A stretch of 64,000 nucleotides of DNA. Origin: Paragordius varius. Its lineage: Eukaryota; Animalia; Nematomorpha. The translations under genes were made by a program, and so were the position numbers. The notes under the pieces were generated by a model. That model was not told the DNA's origin. It saw only the letters and a program-made list of their open reading frames with translations, and did not search any database. Below are positions 54,702 to 64,000 of the stretch, piece by piece; position 1 is the stretch's first letter; the number at the start of each line of letters is the position of its first letter. The DNA is taken from NCBI GenBank assembly GCA_964247055.1, contig OZ176060.1, forward strand, positions 558,001 to 622,000, given 5' to 3'.

Positions 54702-57700
54702 CTGTAATTGTTAAATTATACGCGGAAAAATTAGATATAGACTGTTGTGTTTTGTCCATATTTGGACATCAATAGCGAACAAAACGGATCTTTGCCTTGA
54801 TTAATATACAGTAAATTATAAAATAGAAACAAGAGGTAAAAATATAAGACAATAATAATTATATATAAAAAAACCATACTTTTAAAATCTTATTTTTTTT
54901 CAAATATTTGTGTGAAATGATAATGTGAAATAGAGATTAATATTATAAACACAATTAATATAACAATTGTAATTAAAGAGTTTTAGAAAAATAATTTTTG
55001 AAAAGTCTGATTGTCTTTTATAATAATTTGTCTTATATTTATTTTGTGACTGTATAATTTCAATTTTAATATTTATAAAATAAATGAAGCTTTGGATGAA
55101 TTCAAAAAATATCCGATAAAGCATTATACAGTATAAATTCTAATTATATGGGCCGTGAAAATATAAAGACAAATATTTTTTTAAAGACAACCATACTTTT
55201 TAATCTTGATTTTATTATAACACATTGTTTTAAATTGCAAAGTAAATAGGAATGGATATTGGTAACCCAATTAATTATGATTTTCGTTTGTAATTATATG
55301 ATTTTTATAGGATAAATTAAGGTTTAAAAAATGTGGTTGTCTTAAAAAAAATTTGTCTTTATTTTAGTATAGTATTAACTGTAAATAACAATTATATTTA
55401 TTTTCGTAATTGAATAATATATTGCGATGCATCTAAAAATGTTTTATATTATATTAAGTCCAGTGATAGCCAAAAATTAAATATACAGTCAGGTAGCTTT
55501 ATTTTCTCAAAAATTTACTTTTTTTCGTTAATGGGTATTAATATTTGGTAAAGAATATAAAAACAAGAGCAATATGGTACCATATCATATTCTGAAAAAA
55601 GGTAAACATGGGAACGATTTTAAAAGATGCTATATTAAATAATCATAAAATTAAATTCTTTAAATATATCAAAACCATTGTAAAATTCACTTTTATAACA
55701 TTACAGAAATATATATAAAAAAATTATTTAAAAATACTTATTACTTATTTTAAGCTAACAAAAGGTAAAAATTTAGTCAACGTGACATGTGTGCAATGGT
55801 AAAATTGAAAAATTAATATAAATAAACCGGTTTATTTATTTCTTTAAATTAAAAATTAGCTTGAATTTTACAACACTAAATGAAGACGACATTTTACAAA
55901 TATTTTGTAAAATAAAATGGCGTCAAAGTTTCGACATTTAACTTTTTTTTCAAAACAAATTTTTTTTAGATATTTTGGCATATTTATATAATTTTTTTCA
56001 CTAGATTATTAAAAATACTAACTCAAATTTAGTCTGGGGTATATTTGGTTGCCCCAATTTGAATCTAGGTGAATAAATATTTTATCAAAATATATAATAT
56101 ATAAAATTTTGCTAAAAAATTAACAAAAATATTACCATTCCCCTTTAACAATATTTTTAGATTTTCATTTTTAACAAAAATTTCCGACGCCCTTCCCCCA
56201 CACTTCTTTACCATATAGCTCTTGTTTTTATATTCTTTACCAAATAATATCCATTTAAGGAAAAAAAAATTTTTTTGATAAAATAAAGTCTACATGACTG
56301 TAATTCTTGTATTATGATATTACTAACCAAGATTAAATCTAGCTTAACATTTTTATTTCATTAACTTAAAATAATATAATTTTAAGAAAAATCAAAAGGG
56401 GAAATATTCCCTTAATTAAGCTAATAAAACAATGAATTAAAGTTAGAATATTTATTTAATTTTAGTATATCGCCTTATATACGTGCCATCTATTTATAAA
56501 ATTGGGTAAATTTTTTTGTTAACATGGATAATGAATATTATCTAAATATTCGGTTTATAGACGATCAACAACCAACAAAAGGGAGAATGCGTTTTGATTG
56601 CAAAAAAATATATTTTTTATTTTCAGATCTTTTCAAAAGAAAGGAATATTTAATTATTTATAAAAAAAGAAGGATAAATATTATTTAAATGACAATTTTT
56701 TATATTAAATAATTTCGAAATTAATTAATTCTTATTGTAAATACATACTTCATTGCGTTACTAATTTCCATATCTATTTTAAACTTTTAAAATTTTAAAC
56801 AAAGAGCTATATTTAAAAATTCATTTATAGTATGCGTTTTATCCTTATAATTTTAATAATATATGGGATATTTTTGAAGGTCGCTATTAGGGTTGTCATT
56901 TTATTTTTATTTCTTGTTTCTATTTAATTATAAAAACATCTAAGTATTATTATCATTTTTAATAATTTTAAAAGTAGGACACAATTCTGTTTATACTTAA
57001 TTTTTATGCAATCCTTAATAGTATAAATTTATAAAATATACCTTTCTCGCTTTAAATTATTTTATTATCTTAGAATTTCTATGCAAATATTTTTTATAGT
57101 TAGTTAACGGTTTCTAATTAATAATTATTACTTTACTTCAAAAATATATAATACACTTTTACCGATAAGCTTATACCCCTTATGTTTTAGAAGCTGTTTG
57201 TTCAGTGGCTTTTTGCTTTTCTCATAAATAAGAAAATATAAATTTTTGTTTATATAGTATATATCACTAAAACCATTCAAATTGGCACAACAAATTATAA
57301 ATTTACCATATGCATTTTAAGAGTTATACTCTTGAGGTTGGTCCTTTAACACTATATGTTCGTCCGACGATATTATAGGAGATTAGGTCTGTCCAACATG
57401 CATGCGAATGATTAAAGAATCCATAATTTGCAGAAAACGCTTATAAAATCCCAGTAAAATTGATATCCGTTGAAAATTGTGAAAAAGTTTATCTTATTGG
57501 GAAAGAACTAAAAAAATCATAATATTGTGGTTGTATTTTAGAGTCTTACGTTTTCTAAAATAAAATAATTCTGAACACGCATATATATATATATATATAT
57601 AATATTTCCAATGCGGCGCTCGAAGCTATTAGTGTTGGAAATTGTGATAGATTATAGCATTAAATTAATTCTTTCGAAATATTAATACTGGGTGTAAAAG

Positions 57701-59650
57701 TTAATTTTTATCAAAAGTTACTTGAAGCTTACAAGTGAATGGAACGGCATGGGTTCTAGACACTGAAAACCTTTCTTTTTTAATATTTTAAGGCCTTTAA
57801 ATATAAGTTAAATATAAATTGTATATTACAACTAATTACCCAATCTAAATATTTAATCAAAATTCTGAGGTAATAGTAAGGTTGCACCGAAGGTGATTTA
57901 TCATATCTATTAGAATATTTGGTTTATGCTTAAAAAATCATTGTTAAAAGTATGGTGAATATTTCTTAATAAATATTTGTATTCGTTTTTTTGTATAATA
58001 ATTTTGATTTGTTAACAAGATATGTTATTATTCCATAATTATATTCAATTTTGTATAGACTACCTTCATCATGTATTATATTAGGTGCAATTATTTTTAA
58101 AGAAATTATTTTTTAATATTATTAATTATATTAAATTTTAATTTTTTCGAGCCAAAATTCTTTGACTTTAAAACTTTGTTTGCCTGGAAACATATAATTA
58201 TTAAAAAATTAAATTATTTTTTTAAAAAATGGGGGTGTTCATTAAATCATAATCCAAATAAATCATACACTTTATTTTGCGATTCTAATAATTAAAAATT
58301 AATGTGTTTAAATATTTATGAAAAAATATTTAGGTCAATAAATGATTGACAATATATTAAAAGTAATCTATTTTTAAATTTAGAAATAAAAATTATATGT
58401 AAAAAAATAAAATTAAATATATAATTTAAATAAATTAAAAATATAATATTAAACCATAAAATAATTTTAAAAACTTTGATTTAAATATAAATTGAAAGGA
58501 CAGACGATTTTATTTCTAACGGTTTTTTTTGAATTGTCTGCTTTTCATTTATTCAATATTTTATTCATATTTGGAAAATGGGTATATTTTTATGAATTTT
58601 GTAAATTATTTTAATTATTTTAAATTATTTATATATATTAATTTGATTTTTATAAATTTTAATATTATTATTTATTAATTTTTAGAAATAATTTGAAATT
58701 AAAATTAAATTAAAATGTTTAATAAATAAAATATTTTTTTGTAATTTAATTTAATATTAATTTTCTTGTTTTAAAATTCTTAGCTTTAATTTATATATAT
58801 TTATAAACCAAAATTTAGATAATATTTTTGGATGATATTGTTAATTTTAAATTTTATTCTGTAATTTATAAAATAATTTTCAATTTTGAATGATTATTGT
58901 TATCCATTATTAATATTCATAAAATAAAATTTTATGATTTTTAAATATATATATATTTAAATCGTAAAAACGAAATTTAAAATCCATTTTAATGTAACAA
59001 TATATAACATCAGCCTGTATATTAATATTCATAACGATTTATTAGACAAAGAACTGAAAATATTTTATATAAAATAATAATAATAATAATAAATATACTT
59101 AAATTTTATTTTTCATATTTAAATTTAATTAAATTAACTTGAAAAATAATTTATTTTTTGATTTCAAAATCTCAATTAATCTTTCCTTATAAGAGTTTTG
59201 TTTTTTTAGTGTCATTTGTTTCAATTAAAAAATTTCACCGAGTTTTATAAGCGACTTAATGCAACCTTACAATTATATTCGATTTCTATTTAAGTGAAAA
59301 TTTGAGACTAAATCTAATTCCAATAAAATACAAATATGTACAGTTATAAGGGGAAAAAACTTAAATATTTTTTTTGACAGCCCTTATATTTTTTGGTACA
59401 GTCGTTATTTTAGCAAAATATGCCATAAAGATATAATGTTAATATAATCAATTCTAGATATCATATATAATATAATAGTTTCTGTAGAAAAGTGTAAGTT
59501 TAATAAACTATGGTTTTCTATCTAAAAAAATATTTTTCTTAATGCTTTTATCATTTGGTTTTTATCATTACTGTATTGTTTAATGTTTGCCAAGTTTGTA
59601 ATTTTTATAGTTAGAATAATAAATACAACTGAGTCTTAAGTCATTTTGGT

Positions 59651-60029
59651 CAGTAGCGAGTATTGGCGGCGCCCGGGGCATAAAACTTTTATGGCGCCCC
59701 TCCCCCTTTTTAGCCAATAAAACAATTAAGTAAAAAAAAATACAAACGTTGTAACCTAAACACCATAAGTAATACAGCACAGTCATATAAATTTTAAATC
59801 ATATAAATATATATATTTATATGATACTAAATTATTCAATGGTACAAATTAGGTGAATAATAGAGTATATATTATAGGGATTATTACCTAAATTGCTGAA
59901 AAATCTCATTTGAAAGTTCTTATTATTTTGCATAATTAAAATTTAATTTTAAAAAATCATTTAGGCGCCCCTAAATAACGGCACCCGGGGCATGATGCAC
60001 CCCCTTGCCCCCCCTCCGGTACGCCCCTG
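59651..60029. mobile_element. GC-rich non-autonomous DNA element (hAT-like ends) in the intron of copy G
   Basis: Ends CAGTAGCGAG... and ...GGTACGCCCCTG with subterminal GGCGCCC/CCCGGGGCAT repeats; no clear TSD. Confidence 0.55.
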
Positions 60030-61039
60030 GTAAAAACTGATATTATATGGACGCAACGTAAAAAATAAAGACAAATTTTTTATAAAAGATAACCATATTA
60101 TTTAATTCCTTATAGCCTGTATCAAATAAAATCGAAAAATATGTAATTGTACCAATGTTCATTTCTACTTTATCCTTTGCAATTCAAAGTTTTATATTTA
60201 AAATAACAAGAATGAAAAGTAGGGTTGTCTTTTAAAAAAAAATATTTGTCTTTATTACGTTTTCCGTATACGGCATTAGTAAATATATATTTCAAGAAAG
60301 TTATTAATTATTGCCAATAAAGAGAATTATTATTGGCCAATAATAATAAAAATTAGAAAAAATATATAAACCATTAATACTACCCTTTGTTGTATATGCT
60401 ATTTGGCAAGAATTAATAAATATCTAGCAATGTATAATTACTCCTTTAATTATTTTTACTGTATGTATGAATGTATCACATAATTCTTTACATTTAAATC
60501 AATTCTGTTAATTTAATTTTTAACGATATTATTATATATTAAAGAATAGTAAAACAATTAGATACAGTATGTAAGAATTTGACAATCTAATATTCATTAC
60601 TCCTCATAATGTTTCTTCTATAATTTGCATTAAATAATATAAAATAAAAACCATTTTTGAAAAAGAGTAAAATTGTGTTTACAACATAATTTATTGACTC
60701 AAAATCCCACCTCTTTAACTCCGAACAGCTTTATGATTTTGTGCTCTTCAGAAACAATAAATTGAAAAAATTTAAATTTTATATAGATCCTAATAGTTAA
60801 TAATCATTATGTCTACACTTTTTGTAATTTCACCCCTTTACTTCTTTTATGCGACAACTTTTTTTCGTGTACTACCATTATAAATAAAATTTATTTTTAG
60901 TTTTTCGAAATAGATTATACTATTATTTATGGAAAAGTACTTAATTTATAGATTAAATTTTATTTGTCGGTATTAAATGATAACAAAACACTGTTTTTAA
61001 CGTTTTAGCTCAATTATTTAATGAATATATTGCTTAAAT

Positions 61040-62000
61040 CAGTGGTACTCACGAAAAAAATTTGACGGGCCAAATTAAAAATATATTTTTTCGAGGGCCA
61101 GAATCTTATAATGGCAAATATTCCATAGCTATTTGACATATGCATATATACTCTAAATCAGCAAAATTAATTTTTTGCAGATCGCATGTAAATCCAAGTA
61201 AAAACTCGTTTTGCACCATTTAGTTTAAAATAAATATTTTGATAACAACATTTATTTTGATATTAACCAATAATTTTCGACAGATTTGGTTTCTCCTCAT
61301 GACAGACCCATCTTAATACGTCGCCCATATGATTATCGGTTAAGCGATTTCTGTATCTATTCTTGGGATACCTTATTTAGAATATGCTGTCCACGGGAAA
61401 CTTGAGAAAAAACAGTTAGGATATGAGCACATTTTTTATATTTTCATATTTATTTGGCACATCTTGCCAAAACCATACATATATTTCTTCTCTTCGATTC
61501 TCCTTATATATAGCCTCCGAATCGGAATAATTTTTAAAATCTACGAATTCTTCAATGATATGCGCCTGATCAAAACCGAGATGCTCAAGTTGCTTAATAT
61601 TGGATATATCCATACCATGGATTTTCCACGAGTTTTAAGCAATTTTTAATATTTCTTAGTCCTTCAAATCTAAATGTCATTTCATTAGATACAAATGCTA
61701 TATGATTGTCTATTTTAAATGATGGAAAATATAGGAGTATTTTATTTATAAATTCTTGTTTATATATTATTATTTTTTCTTTAAAAGCAAATATTTGATT
61801 AACAAATTGGGTTATTAGCTCCCTTGACGACTTGTATTAACTAAGTTTATTAATAATGTCGCAAAGGTAGGCTAATAAAACTCACCATTCACTAATGATT
61901 TCCTCGTCAAACTTTCTGTTATTTTTTATAAATAATAAAATTTCAGCCTTAAAACAAAAAATAAATTTTATAATCTGCTAAGGATTATCCATACTTGGTA
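61040..62000 (-). mobile_element. hAT transposase relic (GTF2IRD2/SPIN/Buster-like C-terminal half) with one terminus
   Basis: Frames KAEILLF...EW*VLLAYLCDIINKL...FAFKEKI...YFPSF...FRFEGL...ENPW, FWQDVPNKY, and KNRYRNRLTDNHMGDVLR...KPNL; terminus CAGTGGTACTC with gggcc subterminal motifs at 61040-61100. Confidence 0.85.
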
Positions 62001-64000
62001 TTTGATTTGGTAGGAGAACAGACGGAACCTTTGGATCTTTAGCTGAAAAAACCTCCAAAAAGTATAAAAGATATTACTTCGGTATGTTCAAATGTTGATT
62101 CCAATGACATAAGCTTGAATGATATTAATTTATTTAATGATATTAATAAAGCAAAACCTTTTGGGTCTATAAACTCTTCAAAATTGGGTAATATTATAGA
62201 TTTATTCAATGTGATAAGATTTACATGTATAAAAGCGGCTTGGCCAAACATATTCGTTCGGTTCATGAACACATTAAATATCTGTGCAAAATTTGTTCAA
62301 AAATGTTTTCTGCCAAAAGCAATCTTGCTAAGCACATTAAAATGATTCATGATAAAATTAAGCATGAATGTCCGATTTGCAAAAAAGAATTTACTCGAAG
62401 AGGAGATGTTGCAACACGCATTCATGCTGTTCATGAGAAAATTAAACATGTATGTCTGAATTGCCATAAGGAATATACTGGAAAAGGCAATCTTACTAAG
62501 CATATTAAAAATGTACATAAATGAATATCTTTTGTTAATATCTTATCTTTTTATATATAAAATATTTTGAGATTCTACGTATTTTATGGCGACCTTTTAA
62601 AAATGTATTAAAAACTACTTAATAATTAAATAAATATTTGGCTTTTTCTTGACTGGTCTGTTCTGGAGTTTAATTTTGTATCTTGAAAATCAATTACAGT
62701 GGCCAATTAGCTATATAGTAGCGTATGATATAAAACAAATTTTGTCCACAAAATAAATAAGTTTAGTGTTTCATCTAGAATTGTATATTTCACACCGTTT
62801 GTTGTTGTTTACTCACAGTTCCTGTATGGCCAATTGGCCTAAAATAATGTATTGGCCAACAATAAAATGGTCTAAGCTTTTTATTTAACTAATAAGTTCG
62901 GTTAAATTAGCGAGTCACGCATAAAAATAAATTTAACAATGTTGCATAAGTAACAACACATATAAAATAATAATCGTAAACTACAGTTTGTCGTGAAATT
63001 CGGCTTGAACAAATAAAGGCTTATTTTTTTCAAAACAAAAAGCGTTATATATTGTCATATTTTACCCAAATGATAATATTCCAATTAATTTATATCCCGT
63101 TCCTAAAGTTTTCTTTAAATTAAATTGGGGTCTATAAAAAATGTCATGATAAATATATACATATTCTGATAGGAAAATGTATCAGGATTATCATAAGGCT
63201 TTTGGTTTTGGTCCTCAGGATAGATTTAACAAAAGATACTTTTACACTTTTGTTGAATGATTCATTACACTAGACAACAAATTTTATCTTTTTTTAACTG
63301 CCATTCTTGTAAATTTAAAATTTATTTCTGCATAATTATTATATCTGAAAAGAAAATTGGTCTAGCATGGAAGAATTTTTTTTTATTAGAGTTTATCGAT
63401 AATTTTTGACCCCGATTTAACATTAGACTCGAAATTTCGAAAATTTAAAGTTTTAGATATGAAGCCAAGTATTTTATATCATTCGAAAGAGCGCAAAAAA
63501 CTGCATCTTTTAAATGGTAGTAAGTCATTTAAATCAATCGGATGTAAAAGTTATTTGGATTTATATGGTCGACATTTTCAATCCTTAAATAAGTCAATAA
63601 TTTTCACAGACAAACTAATTTGAAAATCATATAAATTATTTTAATATAATTATTAGGGTTATATTAGTATTTAATTAAAAAAAATGTTTGAAAAAGCTTT
63701 TGGTTTGCTTTTTTAATGAAAATCTTTATTATCATAAATATTTTACCTAGTGGATACTAAAATGCATAGTTATAAGTGTAAATTTATAACATGATGGCTA
63801 TAAAAGATCAACCTTAAACTTTGTTTATCTTTAAAATTTCGAAATTATCAGCCTTGTAAAGAAAATAAATTAATATTGAGGAGATGGTAATTTTAATAAA
63901 ACAAAACTTAAAGGCTGTTTTGAGTGACATCAAAGCAATAATAAAATGTTTTAATCAAAAAAACTTTCTTGTGTTATCTATTTTGGACATTCATCACCAA

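Larger units (their letters stand above)
58578..62524 (+). pseudogene. ZF-family copy G: exon 1 ATGG (58578-58581) retained; 5' part of exon 2 lost; exon 2 remainder 62001-62524
   Basis: ggaaaATGG|gtatat plus the conserved upstream inverted repeat and intronic motif (59251); exon 2 resumes at FDLVGEQTEPLDL with frameshifts and 4 finger units. Confidence 0.8.

Noticed and set aside
3097-59786. Short 60-100 aa Ile/Phe/Lys/Tyr-rich ORFs (3097, 8866, 15146, 24429, 28884, 37646, 39084, 41938, 42259, 54900, 59580 and others)
   Set aside because: Composition and number fit chance ORFs in AT-rich or repeat DNA; no motifs.
10941-62518. Antisense and alternative-frame ORFs overlapping ZF copies and LINEs (e.g. 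10941-11138, 11326-11586, 19412-19651, 45208-45489, 47237-47493, 48142-48369)
   Set aside because: Shadow ORFs of real coding sequence or out-of-frame pieces of frameshifted copies.
1-64000. Alternative genetic code (TAA/TAG as Gln) suggested by stop-interrupted frames and TGA-ending ZF genes
   Set aside because: Long ZF and RT ORFs use CAA/CAG for Gln with no in-frame TAR, so the interrupted frames are decay or noise.
1-64000. CRISPR arrays, rRNA/tRNA/snRNA genes, polydnavirus segments, telomeric repeats
   Set aside because: No repeat-spacer arrays, no recognisable structural RNA sequence, no viral gene or excision-junction motif I could support.

Overview
Very AT-rich (roughly 80% by eye) eukaryotic, most likely invertebrate, genomic DNA; no bacterial-type features. 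The window is a birth-and-death cluster of one C2H2 zinc-finger gene family: 8 recognisable copies in both orientations (labelled A-H here) plus 2 tiny remnants and several orphan 3' flanks. The inferred gene is a 4-nt coding first exon (ATGG), a ~1.0-1.1 kb intron and one large terminal exon. That exon encodes an ~75-aa N-terminal region I cannot assign to a known domain, a PLDLS (CtBP-type) motif and 3-5 divergent C2H2 fingers. Most copies are damaged; only copy E (43981-45922) has both exons and an unbroken frame. Between the copies lie segmental duplications and many TE relics: a 5'-inverted RTE/BovB-like LINE starting at the stop codon of copy E, a second RTE LINE, a Penelope GIY-YIG fragment, a hAT transposase relic, a non-autonomous Helitron with an internal ~315-bp tandem array, and several MITE families. 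The best candidate for an undescribed system is this KRAB-ZFP-like, lineage-specific repressor family with its conserved non-coding elements. All alignments were done by eye; no database search was possible.
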